A DNA stretch of 64,000 nt from Planctomycetota bacterium. GTDB taxonomy: Bacteria > Planctomycetota > B15-G4. The stretch covers positions 64,001 to 128,000 of the forward strand of contig JBBQUR010000007.1 in the NCBI GenBank assembly GCA_038212275.1, in the 5' to 3' direction. The position numbers were made by a program, and so were the translations under genes. This document shows, one piece after another, positions 1 to 8,470 of the stretch. Position 1 is the first letter of the stretch; every line of letters begins with the position of its first letter. The notes below the pieces were generated by a model, which saw only the letters and a program-made list of their open reading frames with translations, searched no databases and had not been told where the DNA came from.

Positions 1-1
1 C

Positions 2-172
2 GGCCTCTTCGCCGAGACGCATCCCGACCCGGACCGCGGCCTCTCCGACGGCCCGAACATGATCAAGCTCGCGGACATGCGCGCCCTGCTGACGACACTC
101 GTCGCCGTGCGCGCGGCCGTCGCCGCGGACGTGGCGCGCGAGCGCGCCGCCGACGACGCGCCCAGTCGATGA
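2..172 (+). CDS. kdsA: 3-deoxy-8-phosphooctulonate (KDO8P) synthase, C-terminal fragment (runs off left edge)
   Basis: Frame 2 reads [23 protein letters not shown], matching the KdsA C-terminal GLFxETHPDPxxAxSDGPN motif; TGA at 170-172. Confidence 0.85.
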   Translation, partial: GLFAETHPDPDRGLSDGPNMIKLADMRALLTTLVAVRAAVAADVARERAADDAPSR

Positions 173-182
173 GCACGGGCCG

Positions 183-587
183 CTACGCCTGCGGCCTGGC
201 CTCGCGTCGCTGCCGCAGCGCCTCGCGCACCAGGCCCATGGCGTGACGGTGCGCCGGCCGCGGCGTGCCGAAGCGCTCGAGGAAGCGCTGCTCGAGCGCA
301 TCCGGCAGCGACTCGTCGGCGGGCAGGCCCGGGAGCAACTCGCACGCGGCCGACGCGGTCGTCATCGAGGCCGGGCATCCCTGCGCCAGGAAGCCCGCTT
401 CGACGATCAGGCGCGCCGGCGGACCGGGCATCGCAGCGGAAGCCGCCCCGAGCTTCAGGAACAGCACCACCACGTCACCGCAGGCCGCGTTCCGGGCCTC
501 CCCGCGCAGGTCTGCGCCGCCGTCCGGCTCGCCGACGTTTCGCGGCTGCTGCAGGTGCTCGCGCAAGGCGTCGGGGAGACGATCCAT
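183..587 (-). CDS. IscU/NifU-N/SufU-like Fe-S scaffold protein
   Basis: EHLQQPRNVG, NAACGDVVVL and FLAQGCPASMTTAS motifs; third Cys position reads HRHA. Confidence 0.85.
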   Translation of the reverse strand: MDRLPDALREHLQQPRNVGEPDGGADLRGEARNAACGDVVVLFLKLGAASAAMPGPPARLIVEAGFLAQGCPASMTTASAACELLPGLPADESLPDALEQRFLERFGTPRPAHRHAMGLVREALRQRREARPQA

Positions 588-804
588 CCGCGCATGCTAG
601 CGCGCCGCCGCCTGGCTCACGGCCCGCCCTGCGCCGCTCCGCCCGCCGTGGCAGCGCCCGCCGTCGCAGCGCCTTCTCTCGCAGCGCCCGCTCTCGCGGC
701 GCCCTCGCCTCCCGACATGCCTCCGATCCGATGCGGCCGGTTGCGTGGCGGGCCGCCCGACCTATGATGTCGCGACCTTTTCGCCCCCTCCCGGGATTCC
801 GCCC

Positions 805-1290
805 ATGGCCTTCTTCATCGTCGAGGAAAAGTGCGTCGGCTGCACCCTCTGCGCCAAGGAATGCCCGATGGCGATCATCGAGGGCGAAACGCGCCAGCCC
901 TTCCGCATCTTCGCGGAGGACGAGTGCATCGATTGCTCGCTCTGCGCCTGGGTCTGCCCGGCCGACGCCATCGTGAACCAGTTCGGGGAGTTCGTCCCCA
1001 AGCTGAACAAGAAGGACCGCCCCATCGCGTGGATCGACGAGGTCGGCTGCACCGGCTGCGAGGTCTGCATGGAGGCCTGCCCGGTGGACGCCATCGGCAA
1101 GGTGGCCTCGGTCGTTCCCGGCGATACCTCGCCCACGCAGGTCTGCCGCGTGGACGTGAACACCTGCATCTCGTGCTCGCTGTGCGCCGTGGTCTGCCCG
1201 TGGGAGACCATCTCCATGGCGCTCACCAAGGGCGAGGCCGAGGAGCTGCACAAGCTCGCGGGGACACCGGCGCACACGCACGCGGCGTGA
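805..1290 (+). CDS. Polyferredoxin (four 4Fe-4S motifs)
   Basis: Four CxxCxxCxxxCP motifs; ATG at 805 (MAFFIVEEKC). Confidence 0.9.
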   Translation: MAFFIVEEKCVGCTLCAKECPMAIIEGETRQPFRIFAEDECIDCSLCAWVCPADAIVNQFGEFVPKLNKKDRPIAWIDEVGCTGCEVCMEACPVDAIGKVASVVPGDTSPTQVCRVDVNTCISCSLCAVVCPWETISMALTKGEAEELHKLAGTPAHTHAA

Positions 1291-1309
1291 GAGCGGCGTG
1301 AGCGCGGCT

Positions 1310-1855
1310 TCAGCCGCGTTTCAGTTCCCGCGCCAGCCACGCCTTGCCGAAGGCCCATTGGCGCTCGACGGTCTGACGGCTCACCTCCAGCACGCTGGCG
1401 ACCTCGATTTCGGTCATGCCCATGAAGAAGCGCAGCTCCACGACCTGCGCGGTTCGCGGGTGGTGAGCGGCGAGGGACTCCATGGCTTCGTCCAGCGCGA
1501 TGATGTCGAGGTGCCTCCGGGGCGTGATGAGCACACCCTCATGAAGCGTGATCCTGGCCCAGCTCTCCCCGCGCTTTTTCGTCTTGTCGCGGCGGGCGTG
1601 ATCCACCAGCACCTGCCGCATCTTGTGCGAGGCCAGCGCGAGAAAGGCCGGCTCGTCGCTGGGCATGCGGTTGCGGATCGACGACAGCCGGACGAAGGCC
1701 TCGTTGACCAGCGCCGTCGGGTCCAGCGTGTGGTCCTTGCGCTCGCCGCGCATGGACAGCGCCGCGAGCCGCCGCAGGACGTCGTACGCGCGGTGCCACA
1801 GGCCATCGTCGCCCGGCGCGTCGCCGCCGGCCGCACCGTCTTCCGGGCCGCTCAT
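1310..1855 (-). CDS. ECF sigma factor of the Ser/Thr-kinase-associated (TIGR02999-like) type
   Basis: HTLDPTALVNEAFVRL, MRQVLVDHARR, VELRFFMGMTEIEVASVLEVSRQTVERQW; ATGA overlap with upstream kinase gene. Confidence 0.92.
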   Translation of the reverse strand: MSGPEDGAAGGDAPGDDGLWHRAYDVLRRLAALSMRGERKDHTLDPTALVNEAFVRLSSIRNRMPSDEPAFLALASHKMRQVLVDHARRDKTKKRGESWARITLHEGVLITPRRHLDIIALDEAMESLAAHHPRTAQVVELRFFMGMTEIEVASVLEVSRQTVERQWAFGKAWLARELKRG

Positions 1856-4227
1856 CGAGAGGACTTCCCGTCTGCTTCACCCGCGGCCGCGGGACCCACG
1901 CCCTCTGCGGGGAGCATGGCCGCCTCTTCCGCCGATCGCATGCTACCGGCCTCGGCTGGTTGCACGACAGACTCGACCGCGAGGCCTTCCAGCAGGCGCG
2001 CGGGCCGCACGCCGACGGTGGCATAGACGCCGTCCGGGTCGAGCCAGGTGGAGACGGCGGGGTCCACGCGGAGGGGCGATTGGGAGTAGTTGCAGCCGCG
2101 AGAGAAGAGCTGGCTGCCCGGCTCGGTCCCCGTGCACATTTCGCCGACGTTGCCCAGCGTGTCGAACAGCCCGTAGGCGTTCGGCCGGAAGCTGCCGACA
2201 GGGCCGTGGATCTCGTAGCCGTCATCCAGCAGCCGCTCGAGCAGCAGCTTCTGGACGCCGAGGTTGCCGCGATCGTATTGGAGATCGACGACGTTGGCGG
2301 TGCACTCCAGCGCGTCGAGACCCAGCTCGGCGCCGCAGGGTCCCTCGCCACCGCGCGCCGCCACCTCCCACCACTGGTCCGACGGCAGACACAGCCCGAC
2401 TGATCCCAGCAGCCGCTGCGCCGTGAGGAAGGAGAGGCTCTCGACCGGATGCAGACCGGTGACCGGCGGCTGCCGGCCCGTGGACCAGCCCGGACCGTAG
2501 GTACTCGGGTTCGCCAGCGGCGGACGAAGGCATCGGCCGAGGCGCACGCACTGCGCCTGCGTCAACTCGTACTTGCCCAGCAGGAAGGGCGGCGTGGTCA
2601 CCGTGAACTCGCGCGGCGGCTCCGGTGGCCGCACGGTCTCCGTGATGACCATCGACACGACCGTGAAGAGCCGGTGCTCGCCGCCCGGGATGAGCACCAG
2701 CACCACCGCGTCCTCCTCGCGCGGCGGGCGCAGCCGGCCCGTGGCCGGATCGCGCCACGGCAGCTCGCCCGTGCCGTCCACCGCGAACTCCGCGCAGCGC
2801 GACACCGCGTCCTCGCCCAGTGGGACGAGCCCGCACTGCGGCGCCATGTGCAGGCCGCCGTAGCGCGGACTGCGCGCCACCGCCTCGAGGCAGGCTTGCC
2901 ACTCCAGCGCGTGCTCGCCGATCGTGCGCTCTTCCAGCGCCAGTGCGGTGGCGAGGCGTGCCTCGATCTCCGCAACGCGCCCCTGCTGCGGATCGACGAA
3001 GCGATCGAGCCGAGCGCGCAGGTCTCCCACGTCCTTGCGCAGCAGGCTGCCGAGTTCGCCGTCCTGCTCCAGATTCGCGAGCATGTGCCGCATCGGCTCG
3101 CGGTGCGTGGCCACGGCGGCCGCCTCGCGCAACCATGCCTGCATCGCGGGGACGCGCTCCGGGGTCGCCGGCCAGAGGTCGTCGTCGGCACGCCGTTCCA
3201 GGTCGCCCAGCACGCGCTCGTCGGCCAGTCCGCCGATCTCGTCGCCGAGTCGGCGGAGACGGTCCGCGGAGGCGTTCGCGTCGCGCGTGGAGGCGAGCAG
3301 AAGCAGCAGCGTCGTGGCGAGGCTCGCGAGCACGACAGCCGTCAGGGCCACACCCATGCGGTGACGACGCACGAAGAGCAGGCTGCGCCTCGGCCAGCCG
3401 ACGCGCCGCGCGCGGATCGGCAGCGCACACGACCAGTTGCGCAGGTCCTCGGCCAGTGCGGCGGGCGACGCGTATCGCCGCGCCGGCTCGGCGGCGGTTG
3501 CCTTCTCGACGATGAGGCGCAAGTCGCCGCGCAGGGCGCGGTGTCGCTCCGTCAGCAGCGCGGGAGCGTTCGCCACTTGCAGGCGCGCGGCCGACGGCGT
3601 GAGGCCGTCCAGCTCGCGGGCTGGCGCGCCGGTGAGCAGCTCGAGGAGCAGCAGCCCCAGCGCGTAGACGTCCGAGCCTTCCGTGGCCGCCTCGCCGCGC
3701 GCCTGTTCCGGCGCCATGGACGCCGGCGTGCCGGTCAGGCTCGCTGGCTCACCGTCGGCGAAGTCCAGCACCCGCGGCAGACCGGCGGCATCCACGCGGA
3801 TGTTGGCCGGCTTCAGGTCGCCGTGGATCACGCCGCGACGGTGCGCGTGATCGATCGCGTCGCAGACGCGCGCGAGCAGCTCCACGCGCTGACGCCTTCC
3901 CGGCACCGCCCGCGCGACGTGACTCGACAGGTCCAGCCCGTCGACGTACTCGAGCACGAGGAAGGGCCGGCCGTCGTCGGTGACGCCCGACTCGATGAGC
4001 CCGGCGATGCCGGGATGGCGCAGCGCGCCAAGCGCCGCGACCCCGTGCTCGAAGCGCATGCGCGCCGCGGCGTGTGCTTGCGGCCCGTGCAGGAGCTTGA
4101 GCGCCACGAGGCGTCGCGGCTGCGCCTGCTCGGCGAGGTACACCGTGCCGCGGCTGCCTTCACCCAGCGTCCGCAGGATCCGGAAAGCGCCCACACCTCC
4201 CTGCAGGCCCTCTCCTTCGGAACTCAC
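1852..4227 (-). CDS. Ser/Thr kinase-like domain + TM + FGE/sulfatase-modifying-factor (C-type-lectin fold) domain; degenerate kinase motifs
   Basis: GTG at 4227 overlaps upstream TGA; LGEGSRGTVY, VALK, IHGDLKPAN, LDFAD, GTPASMAPEQ, SDVYALG; TM GVALTAVVLASLATTLLLLLA; FGE motifs KYELTQAQ, LPSDQWWEVAARG, PVGSFRPNAYGLFDTLGNVGE. Confidence 0.9.
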   Translation of the reverse strand: MSSEGEGLQGGVGAFRILRTLGEGSRGTVYLAEQAQPRRLVALKLLHGPQAHAAARMRFEHGVAALGALRHPGIAGLIESGVTDDGRPFLVLEYVDGLDLSSHVARAVPGRRQRVELLARVCDAIDHAHRRGVIHGDLKPANIRVDAAGLPRVLDFADGEPASLTGTPASMAPEQARGEAATEGSDVYALGLLLLELLTGAPARELDGLTPSAARLQVANAPALLTERHRALRGDLRLIVEKATAAEPARRYASPAALAEDLRNWSCALPIRARRVGWPRRSLLFVRRHRMGVALTAVVLASLATTLLLLLASTRDANASADRLRRLGDEIGGLADERVLGDLERRADDDLWPATPERVPAMQAWLREAAAVATHREPMRHMLANLEQDGELGSLLRKDVGDLRARLDRFVDPQQGRVAEIEARLATALALEERTIGEHALEWQACLEAVARSPRYGGLHMAPQCGLVPLGEDAVSRCAEFAVDGTGELPWRDPATGRLRPPREEDAVVLVLIPGGEHRLFTVVSMVITETVRPPEPPREFTVTTPPFLLGKYELTQAQCVRLGRCLRPPLANPSTYGPGWSTGRQPPVTGLHPVESLSFLTAQRLLGSVGLCLPSDQWWEVAARGGEGPCGAELGLDALECTANVVDLQYDRGNLGVQKLLLERLLDDGYEIHGPVGSFRPNAYGLFDTLGNVGEMCTGTEPGSQLFSRGCNYSQSPLRVDPAVSTWLDPDGVYATVGVRPARLLEGLAVESVVQPAEAGSMRSAEEAAMLPAEGVGPAAAGEADGKSSR

Positions 4228-6908
4228 GGCGCCTGCTCCCGCTGGAGCGCCCGCACTGCGCGGATGCCGGCCCGCGAACGGGCGTCCAGGGTCACGTCGC
4301 TGCGAAACGAGGAGCGCGCCACGTCGAGCGACTCCCAGCTGCAGCCGCCGCGCAGCACGCGGCGCTCCGCCTCGCGCGGGTCTGGCTGCACGAGGTGCAG
4401 GCCGTCGCCGTCGCGGAACGTGCCTTGCAGCGACGACATGTAGGTGTCCGCGCAGAACTCCCACAGATTGCCGTGCACGTTGCGCAGGCCGAAGGGATTG
4501 GGCCGACCCCACCCCAGCGGGGCGAGTGCGGTGACGCCATCGTCGAAGACATGCCCGGACTCGTCCGGCACCCAGTGCTCGGGGCGCAGCAGCGCGCGGT
4601 CGGCCACGTTGGCCACATCCTCCAGCGCCCGCGGATTCGGGCCCGGCCACCACGGCGCATCGGTGCCGGCGCGCGCGGCATACTCCCACTGGGCGTCCGT
4701 CGGCAGCGTCCAGCCAAGGCGCTTCACGAACTCGTCCGCCTCGGACCAGCGCAGGTTGTTCACGGAGATGCCCATCGACGCCACCGTGACGGGCTCGCTC
4801 CTGCTCGGCGCCGTGCTCGGGTCGCTCCCCGTGAGGCTCACGTACTGCTGCCGCGTGAGCTCGTCCTTCATGATGAAGAAGGGGTCGAGCGAGACCTCGC
4901 GCATCGGTTCTTCGTTGGAGCGCGCGCGGACGAAGTAGTGCGGGCCGTCGGGATCCACCGACTGCGCGCCGATCCACGTGCAGCCGCCCGGCAGCAGCAC
5001 GAACACGACGGCGTCGTGCACGTCGAGCAGCAGCTCGCCGCTGCCCGGGTCGCGCTGCGGCACCGCGCCGGTCCAGAACCACGGCGAGAATTCCTGCAGC
5101 CCCGAGTGCGGGTCGGCTCCCAGCGGCAGCAGTCCAGGTTGCGGGACCAGGCGCAGCCCGTCGAAGCGCGGATCGGCCGCAACGGCCTCCGCGGCGCGGG
5201 CCCAGGCGTCGGCCGCATCGCGCAGCGTGACGTCGCGCACCTGCGTCGCGTACTCGAGCCGGCGCAGCAGGTCGGCGACCAGCCCGATGTGCGGGTCGGG
5301 ATCCGCGCTGCGTTCCAGCGCGGGCACGAGCTCCGCGAGCAGGCCGCGCTCCCACGACGCTGCGCCGCTTGCGGAGCCGGGATCGCCGTCGCTCGTCGAC
5401 TGCGTGCGGCGCAACGCCGCGAGGCGGTCGCGATGCGCAGGCAGCCGTGCGAGCAGATCCGTCGCAGTCTGCAGCAGGAGCCGCAACTCTGCCGCGCTCT
5501 CGGGAAGCACGGGCCGGAGGTTGTCCGCGCGCGCCTGCAACTCCGCCAGCGCGCGCCGATCCGCGAGGCGCAGTCGCTCCGCAAGCTGAGTCGCGGCTTC
5601 CGTCTCGTTCGCGTTTGCCACGCGCCACTGCCGCGCCGCCCCGAGCAGCCCGGCCAGGAGCACGAGGCCCGCCAGCATCAGCGCCGAGCAGGCCAGCGGC
5701 TGTCGGCGCCACAGCAGTCGGCCGCGGCGCACCACCGACGGCCGGCGCGCGAGGATCGGCCGCCCGTGCGCGCATCGGCGCAAGTCCTCGGCCAGTGCGG
5801 CGGCGCTCGCGGTGCGCTCGTCGGGCCGCTTGGCCAGCGCGCTGTTCACGATGAGCTGCAGATCGCGCGCGTCCACGCCCTCATTCCAGGCGTCCCCGCC
5901 GGAGACGAGCGCTCCCAGCGGCGCGGGCGCGGCGTGCCGGACGACCTCGATCGCCTCGTCCGCGGGAAGCCCGCGCGTCACGTAGGGCATGCGTCCGGTG
6001 AGCAGCTCGTGGAGCATCACGCCCAGCGAATAGACATCCGTGCGCGCGTCGAGGGCGTGCCGCTGTCCCGCGGCCTGCTCGGGACTCATGTACGCCAGCG
6101 TGCCCGCGACGTGCGACAAGTTGCCGTGCAGCGTGAGCGGGCCGCCGGGCGATGCGACACGCGCGATGCCGAAGTCCAGCACGACCGGCTGCCCCTGCGT
6201 GTCGAGCAGCACGTTGACGGGCTTGAGGTCGCAGTGCACGACGCCCTGCCGGTGCGCGTAGTCCACCGCGTCGCACACGAGCGCCATGAGCAGCAGCCGC
6301 GCGCGCACGTCCAGCCGCTGCTCGGTCGCGGCGTCGATGAGCGGCCGCCCCTCCACGAAATGCATGGCGAACCACGCACGCCCCGCAGAATCCACGCCTG
6401 CCTGCAGGATCCGGGCGAGGCCGGGATGCTGCAGGCGCGCCAGCGCCGCGATTTCGCGCTCGAAACGCAGCCCGGCGTGCGCCTGCACTTCGCCGGCCTC
6501 CGCCTCGAGCACGCGGCCGTACAGCAGTTTGACGGCCACCTGGCGCCGCGGGCTCTCCTGCTCCGCGAGGAACACGCGCCCCATCGCGCCGGCGCCGATC
6601 TGCCGCAGCAGCCGGTAGGGCCCGACACTCAGGGGCAGCGCGGCAGGCAGGTCCTCGAACAGCCGGCGCCACGCGGTCTCGCCCCCGCGCAACGGTCGCG
6701 TCAGGAAGCTCGGGTCGCGGTCGGCGACGGCGAGCAGTTCGAGTACCTCGGCGCAGAGCGACGCGTCGGTGCACGCCGCGCGCACCGACGCCTCGCGCTC
6801 GGACGCCGGCAGGTCGATGACGCGCTCGAACAGTTCTTCGAGTGCTCGATCCCGAACAGTCGCAGTGAAAGGCACGCGGCAGGCCCCCGATCCGCGGGTA
6901 GGCGCCAT
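4224..6908 (-). CDS. Ser/Thr protein kinase + TM + FGE/sulfatase-modifying-factor domain
   Basis: IGAGAMGRVF, VAVK, VHCDLKPVN, LDFGIAR, GTLAYMSPEQ; TM segment; LPTDAQWEYAARAG, PNPFGLRNVHGNLWEFC, RVLRGG; exact start uncertain. Confidence 0.92.
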   Translation of the reverse strand: MAPTRGSGACRVPFTATVRDRALEELFERVIDLPASEREASVRAACTDASLCAEVLELLAVADRDPSFLTRPLRGGETAWRRLFEDLPAALPLSVGPYRLLRQIGAGAMGRVFLAEQESPRRQVAVKLLYGRVLEAEAGEVQAHAGLRFEREIAALARLQHPGLARILQAGVDSAGRAWFAMHFVEGRPLIDAATEQRLDVRARLLLMALVCDAVDYAHRQGVVHCDLKPVNVLLDTQGQPVVLDFGIARVASPGGPLTLHGNLSHVAGTLAYMSPEQAAGQRHALDARTDVYSLGVMLHELLTGRMPYVTRGLPADEAIEVVRHAAPAPLGALVSGGDAWNEGVDARDLQLIVNSALAKRPDERTASAAALAEDLRRCAHGRPILARRPSVVRRGRLLWRRQPLACSALMLAGLVLLAGLLGAARQWRVANANETEAATQLAERLRLADRRALAELQARADNLRPVLPESAAELRLLLQTATDLLARLPAHRDRLAALRRTQSTSDGDPGSASGAASWERGLLAELVPALERSADPDPHIGLVADLLRRLEYATQVRDVTLRDAADAWARAAEAVAADPRFDGLRLVPQPGLLPLGADPHSGLQEFSPWFWTGAVPQRDPGSGELLLDVHDAVVFVLLPGGCTWIGAQSVDPDGPHYFVRARSNEEPMREVSLDPFFIMKDELTRQQYVSLTGSDPSTAPSRSEPVTVASMGISVNNLRWSEADEFVKRLGWTLPTDAQWEYAARAGTDAPWWPGPNPRALEDVANVADRALLRPEHWVPDESGHVFDDGVTALAPLGWGRPNPFGLRNVHGNLWEFCADTYMSSLQGTFRDGDGLHLVQPDPREAERRVLRGGCSWESLDVARSSFRSDVTLDARSRAGIRAVRALQREQAP

Positions 6909-7004
6909 CGCCTGACAGGGCCGCGGGGGTGCCAGACTACCCCAGGTTGTCCGGGTTGCCGACCGCAGCGACGCCCGACCGCCGCGCGTGCGAACGCGGC
7001 CTGC

Positions 7005-8078
7005 TCAGGCCGACGAGATCCTGATCCACTGTGCGCCGCGGCCGCGCCCGCGCATGGCGATTACGCCTTCGTCGCGGAGCTGTCGCAGTACCAGCCGCAC
7101 CAGATCGCCGCTGACTCCGGGGTTTTCCCGCTCGATGTCCCGGCTCGTGAACGGTCCGACCCGTCTCAGGATCGCGGCGCGGACGAGGTCGGTCTTGTTC
7201 GTCTTCCCGTCCGCGACGCTGCCGACGCGTTCCTCGAACTCCCGACTGGCCCGCAAGAGTGCACCCCAGAAATAGTTAAGCCACGGGTGCACGTCGTGCT
7301 TGCCCTCGTGCCACCCCTGCGAGCTGCGTTCCAACGTCTCGTAGTAGGTGTCCTTCGACTCCTCGACGATGCGCTCGAGGCTGATGAAGCGGCCGACGCG
7401 ATTGCCGTGCTGGTAGAGCAGCAGCAGCGCCGCCAGCCGGGACACCCGGCCGTTGCCGTCGCTGAACGGATGAATGCAGAGCAGGTCGAGGATGGTCAGC
7501 GGAATGGCCACCAGCGGCTGGAGTGCGCGCCGATCGATGGCCTCGCGGTAGCCGGCCACGAGTGCATCCATGGCCGGTGGCGTCTGCAGGGCCGAGGTCG
7601 GGCGGAAGCGCACACGCCTGGTCTTTCCGTCGGGCTCGACCTCGACGATCTCGTTGTCCCGCGCCTTGAAGCGTCCGCCTTGCTCGGGGTGGTAGCGATA
7701 GATCAGCGCGTGCAACTGGAGCAGCACGTTCACCGTGAAGGGCATGGGCGAACCCGGCTCAGCGCTCTCGTACGCCGCGTGGATCAGCGCGAGTGCATCG
7801 CGGTAGCCGGCAATCTCCTGCTCGGAACGATTCCGGGGCTCTGAAGGACGCAGCACCAGTGCCTCGATGCGCTCGCGCGGCGCGACGATGCCCTCGAGCC
7901 GATTGCTGGATTCGCTGGACTCGATGGCCGCAACCATCCGCAGCGTCTCCAGGATCTCGGGCCGCTGGTGGATGAAGAGATCCTGTTTGCCGCGCGACTC
8001 GGAGAGTGCGGCGAGAACGGCCACTTCCTCCGTAGAGAAGGTGAGGCGGGTCAGGTAGGCGGGGTCCAGGGAATGCAC
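7005..8078 (-). CDS. Fic (Fido) family protein with C-terminal winged-helix-like region
   Basis: Canonical Fic motif HPFSDGNGRVSR; N-terminal SNRLEG matches the (S/T)xxxE(G/N) inhibitory motif. Confidence 0.93.
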   Translation of the reverse strand: MHSLDPAYLTRLTFSTEEVAVLAALSESRGKQDLFIHQRPEILETLRMVAAIESSESSNRLEGIVAPRERIEALVLRPSEPRNRSEQEIAGYRDALALIHAAYESAEPGSPMPFTVNVLLQLHALIYRYHPEQGGRFKARDNEIVEVEPDGKTRRVRFRPTSALQTPPAMDALVAGYREAIDRRALQPLVAIPLTILDLLCIHPFSDGNGRVSRLAALLLLYQHGNRVGRFISLERIVEESKDTYYETLERSSQGWHEGKHDVHPWLNYFWGALLRASREFEERVGSVADGKTNKTDLVRAAILRRVGPFTSRDIERENPGVSGDLVRLVLRQLRDEGVIAMRGRGRGAQWIRISSA

Positions 8079-8101
8079 GCGAGGCTCCAGTCCGCGACAG
8101 G

Positions 8102-8175
8102 AAGGGGGCAGGAACCGAGCTTAAGGGGGTAAGGCGACAGATCCATTACCCCCTTTGCTGGATTCTTACCCCCTT
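8102..8175. promoter_or_regulatory. Array of four AAGGGGG(TAA) boxes upstream of fic (candidate operator)
   Basis: AAGGGGGCA 8102-8110, AAGGGGGTAA 8123-8132, inverted TTACCCCCTT 8146-8155 and 8166-8175. Confidence 0.55.
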
Positions 8176-8194
8176 CCTCGCGCCGCCGCGCTGC

Positions 8195-8340
8195 CCAGTC
8201 CATCTCGGGCGGCAGCGGGCGCGCGCCCAGCAGGCGCCACGACGGACCGCGCACCAGCACGGTGCTCGCGGTGGAATGCGCCGAGTCGATCGGCCGCAGC
8301 GCGGCGGCCGCGCCGGGCAGCAGCACCCCGTCCCCGCGCC
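8195..8340 (-). pseudogene. Diverged duplicate of the 3' end of the LysA-like gene at 11581-12549
   Basis: Translates RGDGVLLPGAAAALRPIDSAHSTASTVLVRGPSWRLLGARPLPPEMD-W versus RGEWVVLPGAAADVLPVDPAHPAARTVLVRGASWRLLPARPLPPEMD-stop. Confidence 0.85.
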
Positions 8341-8470
8341 GTGGCCAGCGCAGTCCGCAGCAGTGCGCGCCACCGGACGCCCCGTCACGCGTCTTGCCGT
8401 GGTCGTCACTCCTCGGGATCCGCGAGTTCGGCCTACACTGCGCGCCCCGCATCACGGGAGGAATTCGCTG

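Noticed and set aside
805..1290. RnfB assignment for the polyferredoxin
   Set aside because: No N-terminal membrane anchor or FeS domain and no rnf genes nearby
4228..5775. N-terminal 515 aa of the 1307-aa ORF
   Set aside because: Arg/Ala-rich shadow overlapping the upstream kinase gene; real start is the coupled GTG at 4227
1852..6908. FGE-domain genes as diversity-generating retroelement targets
   Set aside because: No reverse transcriptase and no adenine-variant template repeat of either C-terminus seen in this window
4395..7844. 1149-aa plus-strand ORF and similar long antisense ORFs (e.g. 13610-15997, 22544-24709, 60454-62577)
   Set aside because: Antisense shadows of well-supported genes, expected at this GC content; no motifs
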